A stretch of 62,440 bases of DNA, filler included, from an uncultured Methanosarcinales archaeon (GTDB lineage Archaea; Nanobdellota; Nanobdellia; Woesearchaeales; B54-G15): the NCBI GenBank assembly GCA_964519225.1. It is 6 parts of 6 records of this genome, joined end to end, with 100 filler letters (N's around TTAATTAATTAA, not from the genome) between each part and the next. Parts side by side here need not be neighbours in the genome. Positions count along the whole stretch, not along the records: positions 1 to 14,083 come from CAZFJK010000021.1; positions 14,184 to 25,519 come from CAZFJK010000023.1; 4 more parts are not named here. One strand, 5' to 3'. Shown here in pieces: positions 8,946 to 19,164 of this stretch. The position numbers were made by a program, and so were the translations under genes. Each line of letters starts with the position of its first letter. The stretch's first letter is position 1. The notes beneath the pieces are model-generated. The model saw only the letters and a program-made list of their open reading frames with translations. It made no database searches and had not been told where the DNA came from.

Positions 8946-10706
8946 ATGCAGATCAGAAAAGTTATTTGTACTGTGATGGGGCATGTTGATCACGGAAAGA
9001 CGACGATTTTAGATAGAATTAGGAATACTGCTGTTGCTAAAAGCGAACCCGGTTTGATAACGCAGGCTATTGGGGTAAGCATAATTCCCATTGAAGCTGT
9101 TAGGAAGATTTGCGGAAAACTGCTTGATGCGCTGAAAGTAAAGATAACTGTTCCTGGATTGCTTTTTATTGATACGCCTGGTCATGCTGCCTTTACTGCT
9201 TTGCGAAGGCGGGGAGGCAGCTTAGCTGACATAGCTATTTTGGTTGTTGATATAAATGAAGGAAGCATGCCGCAAACAGTTGAGTGTATTGAAATCCTGA
9301 AGGCTTTTAAGACGCCGTTTGTTGTTGCTGCAAATAAGATTGATTTGATTCCCGGATGGAAAAAGCAAAGCGATTTGTTGCTTGAAAATATTGAGAAGCA
9401 GGACGCCAAAGTGATTGGTGAATTTGAAGGAAAGCTATACGAGCTTGTTGCAAAGCTGAACGAGTTTGGTTTTAATGCGGACAGGTTTGACAGGGTAAGG
9501 GATTATACGAGAGAAGTAGCTATAGTTCCGATAAGTGCTGCAACTGGTGAAGGTGTTGCTGAGCTTTTGATGGTATTGATCGGTTTAGCGCAGCGCTATC
9601 TTGAGGAAAGTTTAAAATGCGATCTTGATGGGCCTGCGAAAGGAACTGTTCTTGAGGTAAAAGAAGAGAAAGGAGTAGGTATTACTGTTGATGCGGTAAT
9701 TTACGACGGTCATTTGAAGATTAATGATACTTTGCTTATAGCAGGACTTGACGATGTTATTGTTACGAAGGTCAGGGCTTTGCTTGAGCCTGCACCCTTG
9801 GCTGAGCTTAGGCTTGGAAAAAAGTTCCAGAGGGTTAAGGAAGTTAAAGCTGCAACTGGTGTAAAGATCGTTGCACCGATGCTTGAGAGGGCTGTTGCAG
9901 GAATGCCGTTGAGGAGCTGTAAGCCTGATGAGGTTGATGTTGTTAAAGAGGAGTTGATGAAAGAAGTTGAAGAGGTTTTGATTGAAACAGAAAAGGTTGG
10001 TGTTATAGTGAAGGCTGATTCTCTCGGCAGCTTGGAAGCGGTTGCTAAGTTGCTTAGAGAGAAAGGCATTCCTATTAAAAGGGGAAGCGTTGGAGAGATA
10101 AGCAGGAAAGATGTTGCTGAAGCTATAGCTAATCTCGGAGTTGATCCTCTTTATGGAGTTATTCTCGGATTCAATGTTGGTGTTGCAAAGGATGTGAGTG
10201 TTCCTAGTCAGATTAAGGTTATAACTTCTGATATTATCTATAAGCTGATTGAAAAGCTAGAGGAATGGCAGGAAGCTGTCAGGAAAGCTGAAGAGGAAAA
10301 GGAATTTGCAAAATTGGTTAGGCCGTGCAAGGTTGAGATTTTGAGGGGTTATGTTTTCAGGCAGAGCAATCCTGCTATAGTCGGTGTTAGTGTCGTTGAA
10401 GGTGTGCTAAGGCCTAATACGCCGATGATGCGGGTTGATGGAAAAAGCGTTGGATATGTGAAGGGTATTCAAAGTGAAGGACAGAATGTAGAGAAGGCTG
10501 AAAAAGGAAAACAGGTTGCTATTTCTTTGCCTGATGTTATTGTTGGAAGGCAAGTCAAAGAGGGCGACATTTTGCTGAGCGATGTTCCTGAAGATGATTT
10601 TAGAAAGTTGAAGCGATTAAAGAAATTTTTGAGTAAGGAAGAGATAGAGCTTTTGAAGGAGATCGCGCAAATAAAGAGAAAGAAAAATCCTGTTTGGGGG
10701 ATATGA
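8946..10706 (+). CDS. infB: Translation initiation factor aIF5B (IF-2)
   Basis: GHVDHGKTT, GLITQAIG, DTPGH, NKID, KADSLGSLEA and FRQSNPAIVGV motifs. Confidence 0.97.
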   Translation: MQIRKVICTVMGHVDHGKTTILDRIRNTAVAKSEPGLITQAIGVSIIPIEAVRKICGKLLDALKVKITVPGLLFIDTPGHAAFTALRRRGGSLADIAILVVDINEGSMPQTVECIEILKAFKTPFVVAANKIDLIPGWKKQSDLLLENIEKQDAKVIGEFEGKLYELVAKLNEFGFNADRFDRVRDYTREVAIVPISAATGEGVAELLMVLIGLAQRYLEESLKCDLDGPAKGTVLEVKEEKGVGITVDAVIYDGHLKINDTLLIAGLDDVIVTKVRALLEPAPLAELRLGKKFQRVKEVKAATGVKIVAPMLERAVAGMPLRSCKPDEVDVVKEELMKEVEEVLIETEKVGVIVKADSLGSLEAVAKLLREKGIPIKRGSVGEISRKDVAEAIANLGVDPLYGVILGFNVGVAKDVSVPSQIKVITSDIIYKLIEKLEEWQEAVRKAEEEKEFAKLVRPCKVEILRGYVFRQSNPAIVGVSVVEGVLRPNTPMMRVDGKSVGYVKGIQSEGQNVEKAEKGKQVAISLPDVIVGRQVKEGDILLSDVPEDDFRKLKRLKKFLSKEEIELLKEIAQIKRKKNPVWGI

Positions 10707-10895
10707 AAAGATAAAATAAGCAGTTCTGTTAACTTATCTCCGAGCCAAGGATTTTTCCGCCTAATCGCTGTTAAATGCCTAGACGAGCGTTAGCGAGGAG
10801 AACGCAATGGGTCAAGGATTTGCGTAACAAATCCGAAGAAGTTGAGAATTTGACTTTAGAAGAAACTTTAAATATATTAGATCTAATTATTTTTT

Positions 10896-11219
10896 ATGAA
10901 TAACTTATTTGAGTCTTTCAAGAAAAGATGGCACAAAAAATCTGAAGAATTTAAAAAACTCAAATTAGATGGGCAAGCTTGTATGAGTATTTACAAGATG
11001 TTTCTTAAAGAATATTTGTATTTGATGCGATATGTTAAGAAAGAATCTATACAAAATTTTTATCTTGAAAGAGAACAACTAGCAAATGATGTTAAAGAAG
11101 CTTTAGACGTAGCATTTTGTAATCATAAAAGATTTCTACGTAGGACTAGTTGGTGGTATAGATTATTTTCTGGGAACAAAAAATTAGATTTTAGTATGTT
11201 CAAATTTCCAAAAACTTGA
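10896..11219 (+). CDS. Hypothetical protein, AT-rich, flanked by inverted repeats
   Basis: 107-aa ORF with TTTAAATA ~20 nt upstream. Confidence 0.55.
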   Translation: MNNLFESFKKRWHKKSEEFKKLKLDGQACMSIYKMFLKEYLYLMRYVKKESIQNFYLEREQLANDVKEALDVAFCNHKRFLRRTSWWYRLFSGNKKLDFSMFKFPKT

Positions 11220-11373
11220 ATGCCGAATTCTCAATTGCATTTAACTCGTGTTATGCGATCGAACAGAGCGAGGTTTGGGAATATAGCGAAGCGGAATAAT
11301 GCACGTTGTGTACTCGGGTTGGGAATAGAAAAAAATAGAAAGATTTAATAAATTTGAATATTTTTTAAACAAA

Positions 11374-11514
11374 ATGAAAAGTGAAATGGTAACTATTCCT
11401 AAGGCGGAATATGAAGAATTAAAAATGAAAGCTGAAATAGATACGGAATTCTTAAAACAACTAATCGAAAGTTTAAAAGATATTAAATACAAAAGATTGA
11501 AAAGAATTAAGTAG
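11374..11514 (+). CDS. Putative small antitoxin (46 aa), absent from ORF track
   Basis: MKSEMVTIPKAEYEELKMKAEIDTEFLKQLIESLKDIKYKRLKRIK; resembles the short partners of RelE toxins; convergent with the RelE-like gene. Confidence 0.65.
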   Translation: MKSEMVTIPKAEYEELKMKAEIDTEFLKQLIESLKDIKYKRLKRIK

Positions 11515-11821
11515 ATTTCAATAATTCTTTTATTTCTTCGCCAAAAGTCCTAAGCAATAGCCTAATGGAATTTATAACTCTTTGTTGATCCTTCTTTGTG
11601 CTTATAGCCACAAAAACAACGGATTCTTCTTTTTCGTAAATTATAAAATAAACTCGGTAATTTTTAAATTTCTTTTCTCTGAACCATGGAAAATCTATAG
11701 GTTTTCCGACATATGGATTTTTAACTATTTGATTTTCTATTTTGTCCAGCCAATTTTTGAATGTGGGGTTTATTTTTCTTAATTCTTTTTCGAATCTGTT
11801 TGTATGAAAAACTTTGTACAT
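11507..11821 (-). CDS. RelE/ParE-family toxin
   Basis: MYKVFHT..FEKE...NPYVGKP..FREKK...RVYF..Y...V.FVAIS.KKDQ pattern. Confidence 0.75.
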   Translation of the reverse strand: MYKVFHTNRFEKELRKINPTFKNWLDKIENQIVKNPYVGKPIDFPWFREKKFKNYRVYFIIYEKEESVVFVAISTKKDQQRVINSIRLLLRTFGEEIKELLKST

Positions 11822-12091
11822 GAAATTTTAGATAAAAACTTGCTATAAAATTTTTACTTTTCGTAGGTCGCATAAACTTAATGGACATAACTGATTGGAC
11901 TTCATTAAATTTTTTTCATTTGCGGAAAAGTTAGCATCACACAAAAGTTTACTTAACTATTTATGAAGGAATGGATGTGAGACTTAATTTTTAAACTGTT
12001 AAAATATTCGGATGCAAAAGATTATCTTGTATGTCCGAAAAATTTTTATCAAATTTTCTGATTTAGAAGATCTAAAACATTGCCTCAGAAA

Positions 12092-12571
12092 ATGATGTTG
12101 AAGTTTCTTCGGAAACGAGAAGTAAAAAGATTTGATCGCTTGATTGAAAAGCAATGGGGAAGCAGGTTTAGGTTGGCTGATTATGGTATTCTGTTTAAGG
12201 AAAAAACAAGGAAGATTTATATTGTGAGTAGAGACATTGATAGGATTACTGGAAAAGAGAGATTGTTTAGGATTGATTCTGTGGGACTTTATTTCGGTGA
12301 GCTAACGAAATGGAATTTGCTTAGGTTAAGCATAGAAGGAAGTCAGCTTGTTGGAAAAAGTGCAAAGAAGAATGTTGTTGAATTTAATGCAAGGCAAATC
12401 AAGGAATGGATAAAAGGAGAAGACGTTGAAGTTGATGGTTTTGATGGAGAAGGTTTTGCTTTGATAAAACATGAAAGCGACTTCTATGGCTGTGGAAAGG
12501 TGCTGAAAAAGAATGGAAAGGTGTTTATTTTGAACTTTGTTCCGAAAGCGAGAAGGATTAAAAAGATTTGA
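12092..12571 (+). CDS. NIP7/RsmF-C-like PUA-domain protein
   Basis: GLYFGE...RLSIEGSQLVG...W.KGED...GCGK...NFVPKARR. Confidence 0.7.
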   Translation: MMLKFLRKREVKRFDRLIEKQWGSRFRLADYGILFKEKTRKIYIVSRDIDRITGKERLFRIDSVGLYFGELTKWNLLRLSIEGSQLVGKSAKKNVVEFNARQIKEWIKGEDVEVDGFDGEGFALIKHESDFYGCGKVLKKNGKVFILNFVPKARRIKKI

Positions 12572-12802
12572 TTACGGCTTTCTTTCTGCCTCTTTGAGAA
12601 CGTCCTCTATTGGCTTCTTCTCTTTTGCTTTTTTTATTTCTGCTTCTAGATCAACGCCAAGGTCTTTGAGTGCTTTAAGATGGGCTTGAATGAGTTGTTC
12701 AACGATAGCAACAAGTCTGACGAGTTCTGCTCTTTCTTTGACGAGCGTTGACAATGCTCCTTTATGAAAGCCGATTTGTTCTTCTTTTGTTTGTTCTGAC
12801 AT
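12572..12802 (-). CDS. Conserved hypothetical coiled-coil protein
   Basis: EEQIGFHKGALSTL.KER.EL...H.KALKDLGV; start set at ATG 12802. Confidence 0.65.
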   Translation of the reverse strand: MSEQTKEEQIGFHKGALSTLVKERAELVRLVAIVEQLIQAHLKALKDLGVDLEAEIKKAKEKKPIEDVLKEAERKP

Positions 12803-12856
12803 TTTAGATTGTGTGGGACAGAAATAGTTATAAAGTTTTTGAAAATTTTTTTGATT

Positions 12857-13825
12857 ATGGCTGTTCTTGTTACTGGCGGTGCTGGATATATAGGAAGTCA
12901 TGTTGTTAGAGCTCTTTGGGATAAGGGCAGGAAAATAGTTGTTGTGGATCGTTTTTCTCCTGAAAAAAGCGGGGCAATTCTAAAATGGGCTAGATTTTAT
13001 AAAGGTGATTTTGGCGATGCGTCGCTTTTAGAGAAGATTTTTTCTGAAAATGAAATCGATGCTGTTATGCACTTTGCTGCTTACATAAGGGTTGATGAAA
13101 GCATGGAAAAGCCGTTGATGTATTTTGAAAATAATGTTGCTAAGACGATCGTTCTTTTAAGGGAAATGCAAAGACACAATGTTGAGCGGTTTGTTTTTTC
13201 TTCAACGTGTGCTGTGTATGGAACGCCTAAGTATTTGCCTTTGGATGAAAGGCATCCTTTGAATCCTGAAAGTGTTTACGGAATGACGAAGATGATGGTT
13301 GAAGATATTTTGAAGAGTTTGTCCGCTGCTGGAAAGCTTATGTTTGTTAGCTTGAGGTATTTCAATGCCGCGGGGGCTGATTGGAAAAGTGGGATAGGTT
13401 ACTATAAGAAGTTACACTTGATTCCAAAGATATTGGATGTTGTACTTGAAAAAGAACCTGAGCTGAAAGTTTTTGGAACAGACTATGACACAAGGGACGG
13501 AACATGTATAAGGGATTATATTCATGTTCTTGATCTAGCTGATGCGCATGTTCTCGCGCTTGAATATTTGGAAAATAGCGGAAGAAGTGATTTCTTTAAT
13601 CTTGGAAGTGGAAAGGGCTACACTGTTAAGGAAGTGATTAAAGCAGTTGAAGAAGTATGCGGAAAGAAGATTCCTTTTGCTGAAGCTGGCAGACGGCAAG
13701 GTGATGTTAGTGCATTGTTTGCTGATAACAGAAAAGCAAGAGCTGTTTTAGGATGGGAGCCAAAGAGAGAGCTGAAAGAGATTATTTCATCGGCTTGGGA
13801 ATGGCATAGGAGGGTTTTTGCGTGA
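12857..13825 (+). CDS. galE: UDP-glucose 4-epimerase
   Basis: VTGGAGYIGSH, YxxxK (YGMTK), LRYFNAAGA and GTCIRDYIHV motifs. Confidence 0.95.
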   Translation: MAVLVTGGAGYIGSHVVRALWDKGRKIVVVDRFSPEKSGAILKWARFYKGDFGDASLLEKIFSENEIDAVMHFAAYIRVDESMEKPLMYFENNVAKTIVLLREMQRHNVERFVFSSTCAVYGTPKYLPLDERHPLNPESVYGMTKMMVEDILKSLSAAGKLMFVSLRYFNAAGADWKSGIGYYKKLHLIPKILDVVLEKEPELKVFGTDYDTRDGTCIRDYIHVLDLADAHVLALEYLENSGRSDFFNLGSGKGYTVKEVIKAVEEVCGKKIPFAEAGRRQGDVSALFADNRKARAVLGWEPKRELKEIISSAWEWHRRVFA

Positions 13826-14083
13826 GTTCATTAGCAAGACAATATATTGCTATGTCATTTTAATTTCTGCTTTACGAATTTGGTGGAGCCGATCTCTAAT
13901 TGCGAACCACATATTCACTTTGTTGTTCTCTTTCAATGTAAAATTGTAAAGCAAATTAGTTCTTCCATCGAAAGTGATATTAAGAAATAACGGACTCTAA
14001 GCATTTATTTAGTTTTTCTACATAAATTTCAAATAATCTTTCGTCGTAAGTTTTCTTTTTCATAGGGACGTGATGTGCTTCTT

Positions 14084-14183
14084 NNNNNNNNNNNNNNNNN
14101 NNNNNNNNNNNNNNNNNNNNNNNNNNNTTAATTAATTAANNNNNNNNNNNNNNNNNNNNNNNNNNNNNNNNNNNNNNNNNNNN
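14084..14183. other. Artificial contig linker
   Basis: N44-TTAATTAATTAA-N44. Confidence 0.98.
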
Positions 14184-15885
14184 GTTCTTTTCCATCGACA
14201 GCCTTTCCTCTTATCCCAAGCTCCTTTGCTATTGCCTCTGCTGTTAACTTATAATCTCCTGTTAGCATAATTACTTTTATTCCGGCTTCTTTGCAACGCT
14301 GGACTGCAATCTTGGCTTCCTTTCTCGGCGGATCAATCATTCCCTGCAATCCTACAAACACCATATCTTTTTCTTCGGGTTTATCGTTAAAAGCAAAACC
14401 AAGAACTCTCAGTGCTTGCTTTGCAAATCTTTCATTTACAGCAAGAATCTTTCGCTTTAATTGTCTGGTTAATCTTTCAACCCTTCCGTTGATGTAAATC
14501 CTGTTGCACAACTCGAGCAAAACTTCAGGAGCCCCCTTACAATAAAGAATTTTTTTCTTGCCAATCTTATGCACAGTACTCATCCGCTTTCTTTCACTGC
14601 TAAATTCTATCTCAGATATTCTCGGATATTTTAATTCAAGCTCTTCCTTGACAAAGCCGGCCTTTGCAGCACTTACAATAAGCGCTCCTTCAGTCGGATC
14701 TCCAATTACTTTTTCACCCTGCAATCTTGCATTGTTGCATAAAGCACCAATCCTTAAGATTAGCTCAATTTCCTTTGGTTTTATTTCCTTATCATTAAAA
14801 TAGAATTTTCCGATCGGTTTATAACCTCTGCCGCTCACGCTATATTCCTTCCCATTCATCCAGATCTTTCTTACTGTCATTTCATTATGAGTTAAAGTTC
14901 CTGTTTTATCCGTGCATATCACAGTAACGCTGCCAAGAGTTTCAACGCTTGGTAATTTTCTTATCAAAGCATTCTTTTTTACCATCCTCTGTATGCCTAA
15001 AGCCAAAGAAATCGTGACAACAGCTGGCAGACCTTCGGGAATTGCAGCAACAGCAAGTGAAATAGCTGTCATAAACATTGTGAATTTGTTAATGCCCGCA
15101 AGAATGCCCATCAAAAACACGAGCCCACAAATCACTAATGCTCCAATACCAAGAAATTCTCCAAGTTTTTTAAGCTTAATCTGAAGCGGCGTTAGCTTTG
15201 TTTCCTTTGTTTGTATCATTCGTGCTATTTTTCCTATCTCTGTTTGCATGCCTGTTGCAGTAACGACTGCCTTGCCCCTACCTCTCGTCACGACGGTACC
15301 TGAAAAAACCATGTTGTGCTGGTCAGCTATCGGCAATGTTTCATGATACGTCATGATTGTTTTCTTTACAGGAACACTCTCTCCTGTTAATGCTGCTTCC
15401 TGCGTTTCAAGTTCATGTTCTTCAAGTAATCGAGCATCAGCAGGAACTTTCATACCTTCTTCCAATATTATCACATCGCCAGGAACAAGATATTTTGCAT
15501 CTATTACCTGTTCAACGCCATTCCTAACAACCCTTGCTTCTATCGTGACGAGCTTTTTCAGGGCTTCAATTGCTTTCTCGGCTTTATATTCTTGAATAAA
15601 ACCTAACACAGCGTTTATGACTAATATAGCAGCTATAACAGAAGCATCAAGAAGATGGCCAATAGCAAGCGAAATGAGGATAGCAACAATCAAAATGCCG
15701 ACCATAAATGATCTGAACTGGCTGATAAAAATCTTAAATGGCGAAATTCTTTCTTCTTCTTTTATCTCATTCAAACCGTATTGCTCCAACCGCCGCTTTG
15801 CTTCTGCCTTGCTTAATCCATGTCTACTACTGCCAAGTTCTTCCAACACCTCTTTTGGCGTTTTTTTGTAGCATTCCACCTTCAA
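14184..15885 (-). CDS. P-type cation (Ca2+-type) ATPase, 3'-truncated at contig end
   Basis: TGES, PEGLP, DKTGTLT, KGAPE, DPPR and TGD motifs. Confidence 0.93.
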
Positions 15886-16013
15886 CCAATTTAAATCATT
15901 GCTTTTTATAAAATTTATGTTAAATTTATATTTAACTTTTTTAAATTTTAAACTTAAAAAACTAAAATAATTAAACGAAAAATTTAAATATATTTTGAGC
16001 TTCCCCTAAAAGC

Positions 16014-16331
16014 ATGCCTTTTGGTTTGATCACAGGAACTAAATGGGAAATTTTGCAGTTGCTTGCAAAAAAGAAACAATCTCCATCAGAATTAGCAAAA
16101 AAACTCAGAACAACAATCGCAAATGTTAGCACTCAATTACGTTTGCTACAGACGGCTGGCTTAATCAAAAGCGAAAAAGCTCGACTTGGCAAAGGAAAAC
16201 CAAGAACAGTATACTCGCTTGCTGATAGGTTTGCTTTCATTGTTCTTCTTGCTGACGGTGTTGCAAAAGCAGAACGAATCAAACTAACAACAGACCAGCT
16301 GAAGGTGTTGAAAAAATGGCTCAAAGCCTGA
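16014..16331 (+). CDS. ArsR-like HTH transcriptional regulator
   Basis: ILQLL...SPSELA...ANVS.QL.LL..AGLI...GKPR..Y winged HTH. Confidence 0.85.
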   Translation: MPFGLITGTKWEILQLLAKKKQSPSELAKKLRTTIANVSTQLRLLQTAGLIKSEKARLGKGKPRTVYSLADRFAFIVLLADGVAKAERIKLTTDQLKVLKKWLKA

Positions 16332-16365
16332 ATCTTATGCTCGGCGGAACTTGGCGAATTCAAAA

Positions 16366-16414
16366 GCCAGTGAGGGGTGGTCGAACAGGGCTTACAAGCC
16401 CATTCCTCGCTGGC
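16366..16414 (+). promoter_or_regulatory. Stable RNA hairpin between the regulator and the surface-protein gene
   Basis: 15-bp stem GCCAGTGAGGGGTGG / CCATTCCTCGCTGGC with three G-U pairs on the + strand. Confidence 0.55.
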
Positions 16415-16461
16415 AAAATTTTTAAGTTTGAATAGAAAAATAAAAACTAAACAAAAAAACA

Positions 16462-19158
16462 ATGAAAAACAAAGACCTAAAAGAGGTGTTGATTGGAATC
16501 GTAATTATTTTCATAGTCTTACTCATATTCTTCTTAGGAGCAAAATACACAGGATTTCTTATTTATTCAACACAACCACCTTCGCAAGCATTTCAAGAAC
16601 AAGAAACTGGGCAAACCGACTATGCAATACAAGCGATTCAAAACATAAGTTCGTGCCAAAATCTGACAAATCCAGATACGATTTATCGACTAAACCAGAC
16701 AGTTACAGCAAACTCAACAAATAAATGGTGTTTCAAAATTATGGCTCAGAACATCACGCTTGACTGTTCAGGCCATTCGATTATTAGTGTTGGCATAGGA
16801 GGGGCAATTCTTATCAAAGACCAACAAAACATTTCGGTAGTTAATTGTACAATTATGAATTTTGCTTCGCATGTGCCTTATTTAGGAACAATGCATATTC
16901 AAAATTGCAGTGGAATTAACATAACCAATTCCCAAGTCATAAATTCAAGTCCACAAGAAGCAGCCATTTATTTTAGAGATACTACAAACGGAGTTTTGAA
17001 AAATATTACCATTACTAACGCAATAGGAAACGGTATTTCATTTTACAATTCAACAGATATCCATCTTCAAAATTCATACATAGCAAATAATTCTCTTTAT
17101 GGAGTCTCCATACAAGAGTACTCCAATAACATCACAATAACTCAAAATCAAATACACCATAACTCGTATGGCATATATTTTGATGGCACGCCTTACAGTT
17201 GCAATATCTTAAATAACCATTTTGAAAATAACACATACTATTCAATTTTCTTTACATATTTCAACCAACCTAATTGTAATCATTCCATTCAAAACAATAC
17301 GATGGAAGAAAATCTGTTGATCTTGTATTATCACGATGCTTCAGGCATAACCGTTGAAAACAACGACTCTATTGGCGAATTAATTTTCTGCAATATATCT
17401 TCTTCCAGCGCTAAAAACTTAACAATACCAAAAGAAACATTCATAGTAAGGAAGGCTTGGAATCTTTCTTTCAGTAATTCCATATTCCCATCTTCTAAGT
17501 ATATAGCAATGCATTTCGCCAACATTCATGATTCACACATAGAAAATATAACTGTACTGAATGCTTCGTACTCCGCATTGTATTATTTTAAGTCTTCAAA
17601 TATCACACACAAAAATTTAACATTCTTCAAAAGCGGTTATGCAAGTGGAGGATCAGCTTTGTTTTTCGAAATAACACCAGCCAACCCGTCAGAAAATAAC
17701 ACATTCAATAATTTCAAAATCTATGAGACACCGAATTTCATTCATTATGACTCTCAAGTCACTTCTCCAAACAATTTCACAAATCTTACCCTCGGCTATA
17801 ACGAAACTTTCGGGAAAGTGTTTTGGCCTTTCCTAAATCTTACATTTGCGCACATCAATTCTTCAACATCAAAGTTTGATCCAGAACTAATCGCGATAGA
17901 TACGACAATAAACACACAGCTTGCCCAAAACGCAACCCTTTTCCTTTATTCAGCAGACACACCAACAATTTACTATGCCTCTGGATTTTATTCTACTAAA
18001 AATGATATAATCAGTTCACGCACTCAATGTCCTCCAACGAGATGCAGTGGTATAAACTATAACGCAACGACGAAACTCACTATCATAAACCTGACCCGGT
18101 TTTCTTCCTATGCAGCATCTTACTGTGGTGATGGAATATGCGCTCCTAACGAAGATCACTCCTCTTGTCCAGCAGACTGTCCAGCGCCGCCTTCTGGAGG
18201 CGGACCTTCTGTTATAAGAGTCAAACCAATTAAAGCACCCCTGGCTTGTATTCCCTCTCGTACAATAATAAGCTCCACACCCTGCGTCCTGAATATCTCA
18301 CCAGGAGCAATCTACGGCGGTAAAAAAACAATTACTTATAAAATAATCAATTCCACTTGCGGGATTACTTATCAAACAGTAACTGTTTCGTGTAATCCTT
18401 TTGTTGCACTTCCCTATACTGCAGCACTACCTGTTAGTGTTATTTTCATAGGACATTTCATCACTCCGTCTTTCACAACATCTACTCCATCTTATACCCC
18501 AGCAACGGGCGGCTCTGCTATTTTTGTAATAAAACACAACGGCAGTTTCGTCTTGCCAAATGTTACAATAAATGTTACACCAAATGTGACAGAAGAAGCT
18601 TCTCCTATTACAGGAAAAATGACATCGCTGGGCATAACTTCAACTAAACTTAAAGGAATGGCTTATGAAAAATGCAAGGCTTTATTCAAACTCCAAAATG
18701 TTTCTTTTGAAAAAAAAGATCTTGCTCCAAACGAAGAATTAAAAGCGAAGATAGAATTTACAACGCCTTGGACTATCTTTTCTCAAATACCATTAATTTT
18801 CAGGCTTTACTCAAACAATGTACCAATTAAAGACTTTGTTTATCCGATAAATGTTGATGTCCCTGATTTCATGTTCGACATAATACCTTCTGATGATTCA
18901 TTCGCTGTCTGCCTTCTATTCAATCCTGCAAAACTTCCCTGTACTAATGCGGCATATGAATTTGAATTAAACCTCAACAAAAATCACTGGACAAGCATAG
19001 CAGATCATTACGGCCCAATCAGAACTACAAAGCCCGTTCTAATAGCGTACGAATTTTCAACCGATCCAGCTATGCTAAAAAAAATTAAAACAGCGTCGCT
19101 CAAGCTTTATTGCAAAGGAAAAATTATTAAAAAGAAAACAATTCCATTGTGGAGGTGA
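16462..19158 (+). CDS. Large membrane-anchored/secreted parallel beta-helix (NosD/CASH-like) surface protein
   Basis: N-terminal TM; N/I/S/T-rich PbH1-like repeats; CGDGIC...E...CPADC motif; many NxS/T sequons. Confidence 0.8.
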   Translation: MKNKDLKEVLIGIVIIFIVLLIFFLGAKYTGFLIYSTQPPSQAFQEQETGQTDYAIQAIQNISSCQNLTNPDTIYRLNQTVTANSTNKWCFKIMAQNITLDCSGHSIISVGIGGAILIKDQQNISVVNCTIMNFASHVPYLGTMHIQNCSGINITNSQVINSSPQEAAIYFRDTTNGVLKNITITNAIGNGISFYNSTDIHLQNSYIANNSLYGVSIQEYSNNITITQNQIHHNSYGIYFDGTPYSCNILNNHFENNTYYSIFFTYFNQPNCNHSIQNNTMEENLLILYYHDASGITVENNDSIGELIFCNISSSSAKNLTIPKETFIVRKAWNLSFSNSIFPSSKYIAMHFANIHDSHIENITVLNASYSALYYFKSSNITHKNLTFFKSGYASGGSALFFEITPANPSENNTFNNFKIYETPNFIHYDSQVTSPNNFTNLTLGYNETFGKVFWPFLNLTFAHINSSTSKFDPELIAIDTTINTQLAQNATLFLYSADTPTIYYASGFYSTKNDIISSRTQCPPTRCSGINYNATTKLTIINLTRFSSYAASYCGDGICAPNEDHSSCPADCPAPPSGGGPSVIRVKPIKAPLACIPSRTIISSTPCVLNISPGAIYGGKKTITYKIINSTCGITYQTVTVSCNPFVALPYTAALPVSVIFIGHFITPSFTTSTPSYTPATGGSAIFVIKHNGSFVLPNVTINVTPNVTEEASPITGKMTSLGITSTKLKGMAYEKCKALFKLQNVSFEKKDLAPNEELKAKIEFTTPWTIFSQIPLIFRLYSNNVPIKDFVYPINVDVPDFMFDIIPSDDSFAVCLLFNPAKLPCTNAAYEFELNLNKNHWTSIADHYGPIRTTKPVLIAYEFSTDPAMLKKIKTASLKLYCKGKIIKKKTIPLWR

Positions 19159-19164
19159 TTATCG

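Noticed and set aside
14084..14183. TTAATTAATTAA motif recurring five times as a biological repeat
   Set aside because: Always centred in N runs; an artificial all-frame-stop contig linker.
16366..16414. SECIS element or intrinsic terminator
   Set aside because: No in-frame TGA selenoprotein nearby and no U-tract after the stem on the + strand.
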